This document shows positions 18,023-28,089 of a stretch of DNA of 64,000 nt, piece after piece (positions within the stretch are counted from its first letter, which is position 1; each line of letters opens with the position of its first letter). The position numbers and the translations under genes are program-made. The notes under the pieces are model-generated. The model was not told the DNA's origin. It made no database searches and saw only the letters and a list, made by a program, of their open reading frames with translations. Source of the stretch: Minisyncoccota bacterium (GTDB lineage Bacteria > Patescibacteriota > Minisyncoccia > Phycocordibacterales > JAQTLZ01); contig JAQTLZ010000004.1 in assembly GCA_028714635.1 (NCBI GenBank), forward strand, positions 32,354 through 96,353, given 5' to 3'.

Positions 18023-19053
18023 CCTACGAGAGAGTATTTTGCGTCTTTGTCTTTCTTGAAGTGCTTCGAGTTTTGGAGGTTAATCGCAATAGTGTTCTCC
18101 TTGACATATCGTTCTTTGAGCACTTTTTCAATGATTTCTTGTTTCGTCAATGGTCCGTGCTTTTCGAGAACCTTCTTGATAACGTCTTTTACCACTCCTG
18201 AAAGATATCCCCATTCAGAAAGAGCATAGAGTCCGCGTCCTACAAGCACGAATCGAGGATCTTTGATGAGCTCGTTGTGACAGGTTGCGACATGAGCCTT
18301 CTTTTTGAACGTATCGGTAATTGCTTTTGCAACTTGAGTGAAGTGGATCGGAGAGCCGTGCTTTCGGATAACGAGAAATGCGTAGTCTCTCATTCCTTTC
18401 GCTTTAATATTTGGAGAAGAAGTTAGTCCCCACTCGCCCATTGGATTTCGGCCGATCTTTTTTGAAACTGAAAGCCATCGCTTGATGATCTCTTCTTTTT
18501 TGAAATGATCAGAAAGATCTTTTACGTAATCAAGGAAAGTGTTGATGATCTCTGATTCCGGAATAATATCGTCGTCGCCAAGGTTTTTGTAAAGTTTTCG
18601 CAGTGATTCGTGTACCTTTGCAGAAAGAGCATCGTCAACATACCATCGGTGCTTGAATTCATCGTCCTCTTTCTCTCGCTTAAAGTTGTGGCTCAAAATC
18701 ATGAGAAAGTTGATGTGATTCTGGGTAGAAGCATCTTTTGCAAGATGACTTAGAAAATCCTCTTCCGCAACAAATCCACCCATTTCATGAAGGATCGCTT
18801 CAAGCTCGTCAAAAGCAGCCTTTTCTTTCTTGTAGCCTTCGGATTTCTTGATGTTGTGAATCGCGTAGTTTTCGATCTGTCGAACTCGTTCTCGAGTGAT
18901 GTTGTATGTCTTGCCGATCGCCTCAAGAGTCATTCGTTCCGGCTTTGCACCAAGCCCAAAACGGCTTACGAGCACATCCCTCGCGCGAGCAGGGAGAACG
19001 CCCAAAAGCTTCTTGGTTATCTGTTTTGGTTTAAATTTAATTGCTGGTGTCAT
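18019..19053 (-). CDS. Protein with an N-terminal sigma-70 region-4-like HTH domain and a long C-terminal domain of unknown function.
   Basis: ARDVLVSRFGLG...TLEAIGKTYNITRERVRQIE closely resembles sigma-70 region 4.2. Confidence 0.55.
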   Translation of the reverse strand: MTPAIKFKPKQITKKLLGVLPARARDVLVSRFGLGAKPERMTLEAIGKTYNITRERVRQIENYAIHNIKKSEGYKKEKAAFDELEAILHEMGGFVAEEDFLSHLAKDASTQNHINFLMILSHNFKREKEDDEFKHRWYVDDALSAKVHESLRKLYKNLGDDDIIPESEIINTFLDYVKDLSDHFKKEEIIKRWLSVSKKIGRNPMGEWGLTSSPNIKAKGMRDYAFLVIRKHGSPIHFTQVAKAITDTFKKKAHVATCHNELIKDPRFVLVGRGLYALSEWGYLSGVVKDVIKKVLEKHGPLTKQEIIEKVLKERYVKENTIAINLQNSKHFKKDKDAKYSLVG

Positions 19054-19234
19054 TTGAATAAAATTTTACGTGCGAAGCTTTTTGCTTACATACCTATTTT
19101 CTAGCATTTGTGTGAAATAAAGTCAATTCTGTTGTGAAATAGTGTCTTTTTGGCCTCATTCCCTGTGGTCTTACAATACTATACTCCTCATTTAATGTCA
19201 AATACCCCCCAGAAAAGCTTCAAAATTAAGGTTT

Positions 19235-22200
19235 TTATACGACGATACTCACTAATTTATTTTTTACGTAGATAATTTTTTTCGCGGTCTTTCCCTCCAT
19301 CCACTTCAGCGTTTCTGGAAGTGAGAGAGCTCTTTTCTTGGTCTCCTCCTCCCCCATCTCGCTTTCGACCCTAAATTCTCCGCGCACTTTTCCATTTACT
19401 TGTACGACGATTGTGAAGGACGATGTCCCGATCAAAGCACTATCAAATACAGGCCACTGTGCATCTTTTAGCTCTCCCTTTCCGAATAGTGACCATAATT
19501 CTTGCGTAACATGAGGAGCGAATGGTGAGAGAATTTTGAGAAAATCCGAGAATATTTCTGCTCCGATCTCTGTTTCTTTTTCGGCCTCATTTAAAAACAT
19601 CATCATTGAAGAGATCGCTGTATTGAATTTGAAATCAACGATATCTTCACCAACTTTTTTGATTGTTTTGTGAAGCGAGTTTAAAAGATTCTGCGATGGC
19701 GCTGTTTTGGGCTTTTGGGCGACCTTCTGTGAAAGTTTCCAGACGCGCTCTACAAAGCGCCGTGAACCGATCATGCTTTCTGTACTCCAATTGATGGCAT
19801 TTTCAAACGGACCCATAAACATTTCATAAATACGAAGTGTATCGGCGCCATAGAGCTTGATGATATCATCGGGATTAATAACATTTCCGAATCTTTTACT
19901 CATTTTCTTCCCGTCTTCGGCAAGTATGAGTCCTTGGTTCTTGAGACGCATGAATGGTTCAGTCGTCGAGACCGCTCCGATATCAAAAAGAAATTTGTGC
20001 CAGAAGCGCGCGTAAATAAGATGGCGTGTCGCATGTTCTGTCCCCCCGACGTAGACATCTACAGGCGCCCAATACTTTTCTTTTTTTGGATCTACAAATG
20101 TTTTAGAATTTTTGGGGTCCATGTAGCGGAGATAATACCAAGAAGAGCCCGCCCATTGGGGCATTGTGTTTGTTTCCCGCTTTGCAGGACCATAGCATTT
20201 CGGGCATTTCACATTTACCCATTTTGAAATTTCAGCAAGCGGAGACTCCCCCGTTCCTGTCGGCGCATATGACTTTACTTTGGGCAATTTTACCGGCAAA
20301 TCCTTTTCCGGAACTGGTACAGTCCCGCACTTTTCACAGTGGATTATTGGAATCGGTTCGCCCCAATATCTTTGGCGTGAAAAAACCCAATCGCGCAGGC
20401 GGTAAGTTGTTTTTTTCACAGCAAGCTTGTTTTTTTCCAGGTACGAGATGATGTTCTGTCTTTCCTTTCCGGAGAACTTTCCTTCGAATGCTTTTGGTTC
20501 GTTAAGAACCCCATTTTTCATATCACTGAAACAAACTTCAAGGTTTCGAACTTTTTCAGCAAGGACTTTGTCCGCCGGAAAGAGTACCGGTTTCAAACGA
20601 ATCTTATATTTTTTCGCAAAAGCAAAATCACGTTCGTCATGAACCGAACATTTTACAATTCCCGTACCATAATCAGCTAAAGCAAAACTGGCGATCCAAA
20701 TTGGAAGGTCTCCATTCCCTACCGGGTCTACAATATATCTGCCTGTGAAAATTCCTTCTGATTCTTTTTCTTCCGCGAAGCCTTGTCCCGCACGCTTTTT
20801 AATAAGTCCTGCCGCAAAATCAAGAATCTCTTTTTTGTTCGGTATTCCTTCAAGAAGTTTTGGTAGATATGGGTGATCCGGAGCAATCACGACGAATGTA
20901 TCGGCCGTAAATGCTTCAAAATGAGCCGAAAAGGTCTGAATTGTGAGCTTCGTGTCTTTGACGGGTGCCGTAAAAAGCATTCCTTCTGACTTCCCTATCC
21001 AATTTCTCTGGGATTCTTTGATTGACTCTGGCCAATTCAAGCCCGCTGTTCTTTGCCCCTTTTGGATTCTTGGCAGTATTTTTTTCTGTACCGCGTCTAT
21101 TACATGCGAATAGCGGATTTCATCAGATTCCTCTGATTTATATTCTCCTGTTTGCGGATCTTTGATGAGCGATTCTACCGGATATCCGTCCCAAAAAGTT
21201 TTTGACTGTTGATCCTGCAAAATATATTCCTTGCCTTTTGCAACTAAGTTTTCGGTACCCGATGCATCGGTAAAAGAAAGAGCATAAAGGAATCTGCTTT
21301 TCGATTCCCCGTTCTTTTTCACGAAATCTTTAAGATATTTCACAACCTCCTCATCGCTTGCCCGAGGAGAATTGGGATTCGCGTGTTTCCGCATATGAAC
21401 GACATTTCCATCATTTTCGGGCCATTTCTCCATCCAGAAAATGTGGTCGCTTGAAAGGGTAGGAATTCCAGTCTTTTTAAAATAATATTCGGATTTTTTC
21501 CGAGCGTTTTCCTCGAAGTCATCGCCTTCTACGAGATCGGAATCATCAATTTTTGCTATGTCGTCTAGGGATAGTAACGTTATTCCGCTTTCTTTGGGAA
21601 CGCATCTCCTCCACATTTCTACTTTGGCATTATTTCTCGTTCCGATAAGAATTTTCAGAGGTTCTTTTTGAACTGGCGCGTCGAGATCAGCAAGAAGACG
21701 TTCTGCGTAGTCGGTGATTTTCAAAATCCATTGCCGCATCGGACGTTTTTCCACGACAGAACCACATCGTTCGCATTTTCCATCTTCCAAGTCTTCATTC
21801 GCGAGTCCCGTCTGGCAGGATGGACACCAATTGATCGGTTCGTATGATTCATATGCCAATCCTTTTTTGAAAAGCTCCAAGAATATCCACTGCGTCCATT
21901 TGTAGTATTTCGGATCAGTCGTGTTTATCTCCCGGGTCCAATCATAATTGAAACCCATAATGGAGAGCTGTTCTTTAAAACGCTTGATATTTTTCTTCAC
22001 AGCAATTTCGGGATGAATCTTATTTTTTATCGCGTAGTTTTCCGCGGGCAAGCCAAAAGCGTCCCAACCCATAGGGTGGAGGATGTTATATCCTTTCATT
22101 TGCATAAAGCGCGAGTAGATGTCGGTAGCTATGTAGCCTTTTGGGTGACCCACATGAAGACCGTCTCCCGAAGGATATGGAAACATGTCCAAGACATAAT

Positions 22201-22300
22201 GTTTTGGCTTTTTCGGATCTTCATGGGAGGTGTAGACTTTTTTCCGAGCCCATTCTTTTTGCCACTTCTTTTCGATCTTTAGATGATCGTATTTTTGCAT
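19235..22300 (-). CDS. leuS: Leucine--tRNA ligase carrying a ~210-aa insertion between the catalytic core and the CP1 editing domain.
   Basis: HVGH and KMSK motifs, a CP1 editing domain and an anticodon-binding domain. I moved the start to MQKYD (22300) because the upstream terminator hairpin would otherwise lie inside the ORF. Confidence 0.9.
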   Translation of the reverse strand: MQKYDHLKIEKKWQKEWARKKVYTSHEDPKKPKHYVLDMFPYPSGDGLHVGHPKGYIATDIYSRFMQMKGYNILHPMGWDAFGLPAENYAIKNKIHPEIAVKKNIKRFKEQLSIMGFNYDWTREINTTDPKYYKWTQWIFLELFKKGLAYESYEPINWCPSCQTGLANEDLEDGKCERCGSVVEKRPMRQWILKITDYAERLLADLDAPVQKEPLKILIGTRNNAKVEMWRRCVPKESGITLLSLDDIAKIDDSDLVEGDDFEENARKKSEYYFKKTGIPTLSSDHIFWMEKWPENDGNVVHMRKHANPNSPRASDEEVVKYLKDFVKKNGESKSRFLYALSFTDASGTENLVAKGKEYILQDQQSKTFWDGYPVESLIKDPQTGEYKSEESDEIRYSHVIDAVQKKILPRIQKGQRTAGLNWPESIKESQRNWIGKSEGMLFTAPVKDTKLTIQTFSAHFEAFTADTFVVIAPDHPYLPKLLEGIPNKKEILDFAAGLIKKRAGQGFAEEKESEGIFTGRYIVDPVGNGDLPIWIASFALADYGTGIVKCSVHDERDFAFAKKYKIRLKPVLFPADKVLAEKVRNLEVCFSDMKNGVLNEPKAFEGKFSGKERQNIISYLEKNKLAVKKTTYRLRDWVFSRQRYWGEPIPIIHCEKCGTVPVPEKDLPVKLPKVKSYAPTGTGESPLAEISKWVNVKCPKCYGPAKRETNTMPQWAGSSWYYLRYMDPKNSKTFVDPKKEKYWAPVDVYVGGTEHATRHLIYARFWHKFLFDIGAVSTTEPFMRLKNQGLILAEDGKKMSKRFGNVINPDDIIKLYGADTLRIYEMFMGPFENAINWSTESMIGSRRFVERVWKLSQKVAQKPKTAPSQNLLNSLHKTIKKVGEDIVDFKFNTAISSMMMFLNEAEKETEIGAEIFSDFLKILSPFAPHVTQELWSLFGKGELKDAQWPVFDSALIGTSSFTIVVQVNGKVRGEFRVESEMGEEETKKRALSLPETLKWMEGKTAKKIIYVKNKLVSIVV

Positions 22301-22317
22301 GAACTTTAGAATACAAT

Positions 22318-22356
22318 ACAAAAAACGCCGGCGCAACACGCCGGCGTTTTTTTGGA
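22318..22356. terminator. Strong bidirectional rho-independent terminator.
   Basis: aacgccggcg-caaca-cgccggcgtt flanked by A and T runs. Confidence 0.65.
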
Positions 22357-22357
22357 A

Positions 22358-23281
22358 TTATTTTTTGGGAGGCGGATAGAGCTGTGTATCAATTACTCGG
22401 GCAAAACAGGTGTAGCCAGAGTCATGGCTCCAGTTGTAATCTTGCGATCGTATGGGTGCGAGAGGCGCGGACACTTCGGTAAATTTTGGAGACGTAACTT
22501 TTAAGTTGAAGGTGGCGCAAAGATCGAATAAAAGCCCACCAGTAAAACGGTAAACATACTCTCTTCCCTCAGGATCTTGAGGTACACTCCAGCCAGAAAT
22601 TGAATCATTTAGCTCAGAGAGTTTTTTGGGAAGTTCGCCCTTTTTCTGCCAATAGTTCACGATCTGATATTGGATATTCTGTAGGTCGTAGATTCTTTGT
22701 TCGTCGAAGCGTAATGCTCTCTCCCGCGCTGGCGAGCCTACGGTAAGAAGTCCGCCGACAAGGAGAGCTACGACTGCAAGAGCGGAGATGATGAATGCCC
22801 ATCGAGCACGCTTTTTTCCATCAGCTTCTTCCCGCAGATCAATGATGTAATAGCTAAAGATTCCTCCGGTCACGATGACGACTGACAGGACCTTCAGGAT
22901 AAATCGCAAGGTTATCTCGCCATTCAGGAATGTGTTGATGAGGACGATGAGAGTTACCGCAACAGCGGCTCCGGCCAGAAAAAGAGTGATGTAAGTGAGC
23001 CATCGGCGTACCCAGGTATTTTTCCGCGAAGGTTCAAGTCTTTCAGTCTTGCGCGCAAAATATGAAAAAACGATATAGAGCGGAAAGCCCACAATGAGCG
23101 TTGCCATGGCGATACGGATGCTTTGCGGTGCGCCATAGGAGTAATTCAGGGCATCTGGCATGAGGTATTCAAGAATACCGAAAAGGATATTGAGGAAAGC
23201 AATAGTTGATGCATACAGCGTTATCGAGATGGCGACGTTTAAAAAGAAGTCTTTTGGGGTGGTTTTGGTTTGTGGTTCCAT
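22358..23281 (-). CDS. Hypothetical polytopic membrane protein with a C-terminal extracytoplasmic domain.
   Basis: Several predicted TM helices; no recognisable motif. Confidence 0.55.
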   Translation of the reverse strand: MEPQTKTTPKDFFLNVAISITLYASTIAFLNILFGILEYLMPDALNYSYGAPQSIRIAMATLIVGFPLYIVFSYFARKTERLEPSRKNTWVRRWLTYITLFLAGAAVAVTLIVLINTFLNGEITLRFILKVLSVVIVTGGIFSYYIIDLREEADGKKRARWAFIISALAVVALLVGGLLTVGSPARERALRFDEQRIYDLQNIQYQIVNYWQKKGELPKKLSELNDSISGWSVPQDPEGREYVYRFTGGLLFDLCATFNLKVTSPKFTEVSAPLAPIRSQDYNWSHDSGYTCFARVIDTQLYPPPKK

Positions 23282-23326
23282 GGATTTATAAGTGAGGATA
23301 ATACCGAATTATATCCCCTTTTTTGC

Positions 23327-23358
23327 TTTGACAAAAGGGCGAGCGGGTATAATCTGGA
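23327..23358 (+). promoter_or_regulatory. Near-consensus sigma-70 promoter, TTGACA-N15-TATAAT.
   Basis: ttgacaaaagggcgagcgggtataat lies about 55 nt upstream of the 23414 start codon. Confidence 0.4.
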
Positions 23359-23413
23359 TGGAGGTTGTTTGGCGCTGTTACACATTGGAATCGAGCCTGG
23401 GAGGGCCACGGTA

Positions 23414-23914
23414 ATGAGTGAATCACCCGCTGTAAGTGTCGATCAAGATGTCCGCACACAATTGGAGCGTCTCATTTCGCTCTTTGACACGTTCCATTGT
23501 GTTGGCGCTATCGTCGCCTGCGCCTCGATCTTTGTTTTCGGAATTTTCATCTGGGATGTCTCCTATCTAGTGGCGGGAATCGAATCGGCATTTTCAGCGC
23601 TGGTCTTCTTCGTCTACTTTCTCGTCGCCGACATCTTTGATGAACGGAGTGATGACGATGAGGAAGACGATCTCAGGGAAGCCGTTACCAGCTATCCCGA
23701 AGAGTTTTTGCGGATAAGGAGCAATTCCTTCCTGATTGGGTGGGCCCTTCTTTTCCTCATCGTGACCTGCACTCCTATAGTCCAGGAGGGAATCCTTGCT
23801 TCGCTGGTGGGGACTGTGGCTTGTTTTGCTTTAGGGATAGGTTTCCCGACCAGACTCTGCACTATTTTCTGGTATTGGGGAGATAAAAAATCACGCTGGC
23901 AAACGATTGTATGA
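23414..23914 (+). CDS. Hypothetical small membrane protein (four TM helices and an acidic loop); GC-rich.
   Basis: ORF trimmed to MSESPAV..., preceded by a GGAGGG Shine-Dalgarno site. Confidence 0.45.
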   Translation: MSESPAVSVDQDVRTQLERLISLFDTFHCVGAIVACASIFVFGIFIWDVSYLVAGIESAFSALVFFVYFLVADIFDERSDDDEEDDLREAVTSYPEEFLRIRSNSFLIGWALLFLIVTCTPIVQEGILASLVGTVACFALGIGFPTRLCTIFWYWGDKKSRWQTIV

Positions 23915-24032
23915 CAGTTTCGCAGTGACTCTTGGGGTCCGTTTGGGCTCCGAGAGTTTTTTTATGTTTAATCCCCAAACCACTGATTTTTAAAAAAAAA
24001 GGAGAAACGCGGTAGCGGATCTCCTTTCCATT

Positions 24033-24857
24033 TCAAAACTTTTTGATTTGCAGGCATCTTTCCATTTTCTCAAAAAGCCTGGGGTTTCTTCGCACATGCT
24101 TGAATGCCGAACCCCAGGGATCCAAATGGTGTCTGGCATATGAATACACCTCGACGAGCCGATCAATCCCGATCGTCTTTTCGTCCGCTTCCGGTGCATA
24201 GTTATTCAGCCGGCGAGCGAGTGCTTCGAGTGCTTCATCGCCAACAGCTAGGATTCGCATCGACCAGTCGTTTTTTCCTATCCAGTGTCTGCGCACATAA
24301 AGTCCGGCTGATATTCTTTGATAGCCGAACAATGTTGTTGCTGACAAAGTCGTGCGGTTGAGCTGGAGACTTAGCAGTGTTCGATAGGGGTTAAACATCA
24401 TTGTCCGCCGATCGTACGTCAGAATTCCCTGGCCGGACTGTATGAGTGTCACATCCAAATTTTCCGGGTCGAATTCAAAGCCCTGTTCTGGGACTTTTCC
24501 GAAAACACATATTCCTTTCGGCAAGTGTTTGTCTACGCGAAAACAGTACACTTCGAAATGTCCCACCAGCTGTCCTGGACATTCTCTTGCGTCCTGAAGA
24601 AGTAAGTGAAGCTTCCTACTTTCTCTTTCTATCGTCGCGCCATTCTTCGTCTTTTTTTCTTCACGGTCCAATTTTGCCAGCTGTGCGAACACCAATGCAG
24701 TTATCTCTTCTCTTGAAAGGAGTTGGTGTTTATTCTCGTAGCCACCCTTCTCAATTCGTTCGACGAAGTCTAAAAGTTTTCTCCGCAACGCACTTTCCTT
24801 CCTGGTTACTCTTCGGTATTCGGCGTACAAGCGCCGAAAATCGTTCTCGACGCTCAT
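24033..24857 (-). CDS. Hypothetical protein; GC-rich.
   Basis: 274-aa ORF with no recognisable motif. Confidence 0.5.
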   Translation of the reverse strand: MSVENDFRRLYAEYRRVTRKESALRRKLLDFVERIEKGGYENKHQLLSREEITALVFAQLAKLDREEKKTKNGATIERESRKLHLLLQDARECPGQLVGHFEVYCFRVDKHLPKGICVFGKVPEQGFEFDPENLDVTLIQSGQGILTYDRRTMMFNPYRTLLSLQLNRTTLSATTLFGYQRISAGLYVRRHWIGKNDWSMRILAVGDEALEALARRLNNYAPEADEKTIGIDRLVEVYSYARHHLDPWGSAFKHVRRNPRLFEKMERCLQIKKF

Positions 24858-25023
24858 GGTTTTGTCCCCCTGGGTTTTTGTTGAACAGCACTATCCCCCA
24901 AACTATCATAGTCGACACATTATGCAAAGTTCTCGAAAAGAATTAAAAACTAGATTTTGAATTCGATGACCCCGGTACCACAGCGAAGCTGGCTACGGGG
25001 CAAGCATCCCCATCAATTTAGTG

Positions 25024-26022
25024 TTATATCTTAAACTCGATGACATCTCCGTCATGCACGACATATTCTTTTCCTTCAGTTCGAACGAGGCCTTTTTCAC
25101 GCGCTGTGGCATATGACCCGGCTTCTAGGAGTTTGTCTGATTCTATAATTTCCGCTCTCACGAATTTATCTTTAAAATCTGTATGAATTGCTGTGCCAGC
25201 GAGCGGAGCAGTCCAGCCTTTTTGAATTGTCCATGCGCGAGTTTCGTCTTCTCCTGTTGTGAAATAGGTGATGAGGCCAAGGATTTCATAGCTTTTTGCA
25301 ATCAGAGTATCAAGTCCTGTGCCGAATACTGGATCAATTTCAATAAATGGCCCTGGGATCTTTGCTTTCACGTCGTCTGCGTTTTCAGCTGCGGCGGAAA
25401 TATTGAGTGCGTAGAGAATCGGCTTCATGGTCAGAAGATGGAGTGATTTCACAATTTCTTTTTCCTCGACATTCATCTCGGTAGTTTGAGCGAGCTTCCC
25501 GGCTTCTAAAATCGGACGAATTTTTTCAAGGAGAGCATTTTCTGCAACAGCTTTCTTATCGCCGCGCTTAAGGTCGCTTTTTATGTTTGCCATCCGCTTT
25601 GTGACAGTTTCGAGGTCGGCGAGAATAAGTTCCAAGTTAATTACTTCAATATCAGAAAGAGGCTCAACTTTTCCTGCAACATGGATAATATCAGCGTCTT
25701 TGAAAATACGCACAACTTCGAGAATCGCATCAGTTTCGCGGATGTTTGCGAGAAATTTATTGCCAAGCCCCTGCCCTTCTGCCGCGCCCTTCACAAGTCC
25801 TGCAATGTCGACGAATTCTACTGCAGCTGGGATTGTTTTTTTAGATTTACTAAAATCAGAAAGTTTTTGCAGTCTCTCGTCCGGCACGGCGACAACTCCG
25901 ACAGACGGGTCTATAGTGCAGAAAGGATAATTTTCTGCAGGAACACTCTTTTTTGTGAGTGCATTAAAAAGAGTGCTTTTTCCAACATTTGGTAAACCAA
26001 CAATACCTATACTAAGTGCCAT
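25024..26022 (-). CDS. ychF: Ribosome-binding ATPase YchF.
   Basis: GIVGLPNVGKSTLFNALT and the C-terminal TGS domain (...VVHDGDVIEFKI). The start is trimmed to MALSIG. Confidence 0.9.
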   Translation of the reverse strand: MALSIGIVGLPNVGKSTLFNALTKKSVPAENYPFCTIDPSVGVVAVPDERLQKLSDFSKSKKTIPAAVEFVDIAGLVKGAAEGQGLGNKFLANIRETDAILEVVRIFKDADIIHVAGKVEPLSDIEVINLELILADLETVTKRMANIKSDLKRGDKKAVAENALLEKIRPILEAGKLAQTTEMNVEEKEIVKSLHLLTMKPILYALNISAAAENADDVKAKIPGPFIEIDPVFGTGLDTLIAKSYEILGLITYFTTGEDETRAWTIQKGWTAPLAGTAIHTDFKDKFVRAEIIESDKLLEAGSYATAREKGLVRTEGKEYVVHDGDVIEFKI

Positions 26023-26109
26023 TGTGGTACTGTAGCACAAAAGAAGGCCAAGAAAAAATGACGCTCCCCAATCGAGCGTCATTCGGTCTCTTTTTGCGTG
26101 AAAGAGATT

Positions 26110-26472
26110 TCATTCTGGGCAGAGATCTGTGAGGAGCTGAAGTCGGAAAGAAATCGGATCTTCCAGGCCTTTGGGAATGTCAGGCAAAACCTCCTCAAGA
26201 GTCATTCCGACAGTTGAAGAAATGTTGAGGATCTCATTCCAAGTCAGATCAGTCGCCGTGACCCGGCTTTTAAAATCAGGGTAAACAGCATCGATTGACG
26301 ACAAGCTTTCCCTCGTGCCGTTTTGTGGACCCTTCCTGATTCTCGCAATGTATTGAGCAAGTCGTTTGTGAATTTTGACCCGCTCTTTTGCGAGAACTTG
26401 TCGGAACTCCCTCTCCTGTCTTCTTGTGAAAGTCACTTGCGTACCCTCCTCACAAAAGTCGAACGCCACCAC
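26110..26472 (-). CDS. Hypothetical protein.
   Basis: 120-aa ORF with no motif. Confidence 0.4.
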   Translation of the reverse strand: MVAFDFCEEGTQVTFTRRQEREFRQVLAKERVKIHKRLAQYIARIRKGPQNGTRESLSSIDAVYPDFKSRVTATDLTWNEILNISSTVGMTLEEVLPDIPKGLEDPISFRLQLLTDLCPE

Positions 26473-26520
26473 TCAAAGTACGTCTGCTAAACTAGCATAT
26501 ATTGTACCAGCGGAAGCTCC

Positions 26521-26742
26521 TTAAAGTATAGAGCGTAATTCACTTTCGTAAGATTTCATGACTTCCATCGTTGCGGACATCTGATCTTTTTCTCCTTTTA
26601 TTTTTTCCTGGACTTCAAGAGCAATTTTTTGAAAAAGTTCCGGATTTTTTTCAATCATCTTTAGCATTTTCTCTTGCTCCGCTTCCGGCACGCCTTTCAT
26701 TTTGCTCGCAAGCATTTTCCGCATTAAAAATTCTTTGAACAT
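26521..26742 (-). CDS. Hypothetical small protein.
   Basis: 73 aa, charged and helical; no motif. Confidence 0.35.
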   Translation of the reverse strand: MFKEFLMRKMLASKMKGVPEAEQEKMLKMIEKNPELFQKIALEVQEKIKGEKDQMSATMEVMKSYESELRSIL

Positions 26743-26748
26743 AGAATT

Positions 26749-27336
26749 TTATTTTCCTTCTCTTCCCCATCGCTCGAGCATTTGTGCGTGCTTCGTTTTT
26801 CCTTCAGCCGTTTTAAATTTCATAAGACCGATCTTTTTTACTCTAACCGGAGAGAAGCCTGCAAATTTGAGAATACCGAAGTGCATTTCGTTCGTTATAT
26901 CTCCAAAGAGGAGCCTTGCAATAAAAGGAATATTATCCATTGTCACAATAATTCGAGCACTTCGCCCTTTGAGTGCCCCGTGCCAGATGACTCCCTTTAA
27001 AAACCCTTCTTTTTTGAAATGGTAGGCAAACCCGGGAAGCCAAACACGGTCGAAAAAACCCTTGAGAAGCGAAGGCATTCCTGCCCACCAGACAGGATAG
27101 AGAACCACAAAATGTTCGCACCATTTGATATCTTCTTGGGCTTTGAGAAGGTCGGGCTCTAGTGCCTGTATCTCTTTATATCCCTTATGCAGTATCGGGT
27201 CGAATTTCAGGTCTCCAAGTCTCGTCATACGCACCTCATGCTCGGCAGCACGAGCTCCAAGTTCATAGGCAGTGGCGAGGCGGGCGCACTCGCTGTCGCT
27301 GTCAGGATGCCCAACTAAAATAAAAATCTTTGCCAT
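26749..27336 (-). CDS. Flavodoxin-like-fold NAD(P)H dehydrogenase (quinone), NQO1/MdaB-type.
   Basis: KIFILVGHP...FVVLYPVWWAGMP...ARIIVTMD pattern. Confidence 0.7.
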   Translation of the reverse strand: MAKIFILVGHPDSDSECARLATAYELGARAAEHEVRMTRLGDLKFDPILHKGYKEIQALEPDLLKAQEDIKWCEHFVVLYPVWWAGMPSLLKGFFDRVWLPGFAYHFKKEGFLKGVIWHGALKGRSARIIVTMDNIPFIARLLFGDITNEMHFGILKFAGFSPVRVKKIGLMKFKTAEGKTKHAQMLERWGREGK

Positions 27337-27381
27337 ATTTTTATAAGAAGTTATGCGCCATATTCTATCATAATCGTGAGT

Positions 27382-28089
27382 TTATGCCTCAATATCCGAA
27401 AAAAGTATCACATGTTTCATTTCTTTAAGAATTCTTGCCGGGGTTTCTGAAAGATGTCCGGCTGGCGCAAATATTTTTCCTAAAGCTTGCCGTTTCTTCT
27501 CTCCAGTTGCGTACACAATAGATTTTTGTATTTTGCTTCGAATAAATGGAAGTGTGATTGTTACTCGATGCGGATACAGATTTTTCCCTTTAGCATCATA
27601 AGCTACAGCAATTTCATTTTGTTCGAAAAGTTTGTCGAAAAGATCAGGGTTTTCTGCAAATGGCAGAATACCTGCAGTATGGCCGTCTTCTCCTATTCCA
27701 AGAATTGCGATGATGTTTCCTTCCGGATTTTTCAAAATCCAATCCTCGATATTTTTTCTGAACCTCTCGCCGAATTGTTCGAAGGTCTCGTCCGTCTCAA
27801 CTCGTGAGTCAAAAAATTGCACCCCTCCTTTTGTTGCATCAGCAAAAAATTGAGTTTTTTGGAGCTGGCTGAAATTATTTATATTTTCATCAATACTGTA
27901 TCTTTCATCCCCCATTCCTATAGTAAGATTTGAAGAGAAAACTTTTGAATCTACAAAATCCAAAAAAGAGAAAGCGGAACCTCCCGCAAGGAGAAGGAGG
28001 GTGGGAATTTTTTCCGAAAAAAGATGCGAAAGTTTCTCACCAGCCCTTTCTTTTAAGATATTTTCGTTTTTTTCAAAATTTCTTTCCAT
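27382..28089 (-). CDS. pgl: 6-phosphogluconolactonase (NagB/RpiA-like fold).
   Basis: GIGEDGHTAGILP motif, and it is immediately downstream of zwf. Confidence 0.7.
   Translation of the reverse strand: MERNFEKNENILKERAGEKLSHLFSEKIPTLLLLAGGSAFSFLDFVDSKVFSSNLTIGMGDERYSIDENINNFSQLQKTQFFADATKGGVQFFDSRVETDETFEQFGERFRKNIEDWILKNPEGNIIAILGIGEDGHTAGILPFAENPDLFDKLFEQNEIAVAYDAKGKNLYPHRVTITLPFIRSKIQKSIVYATGEKKRQALGKIFAPAGHLSETPARILKEMKHVILFSDIEA

Noticed and set aside
22301-22339. Longer leuS ORF starting MLRRRF.
   Set aside because: The extension would run through the strong bidirectional terminator hairpin at 22324-22348. MQKYDHLKIEKKWQ matches the conserved LeuRS N-terminus.
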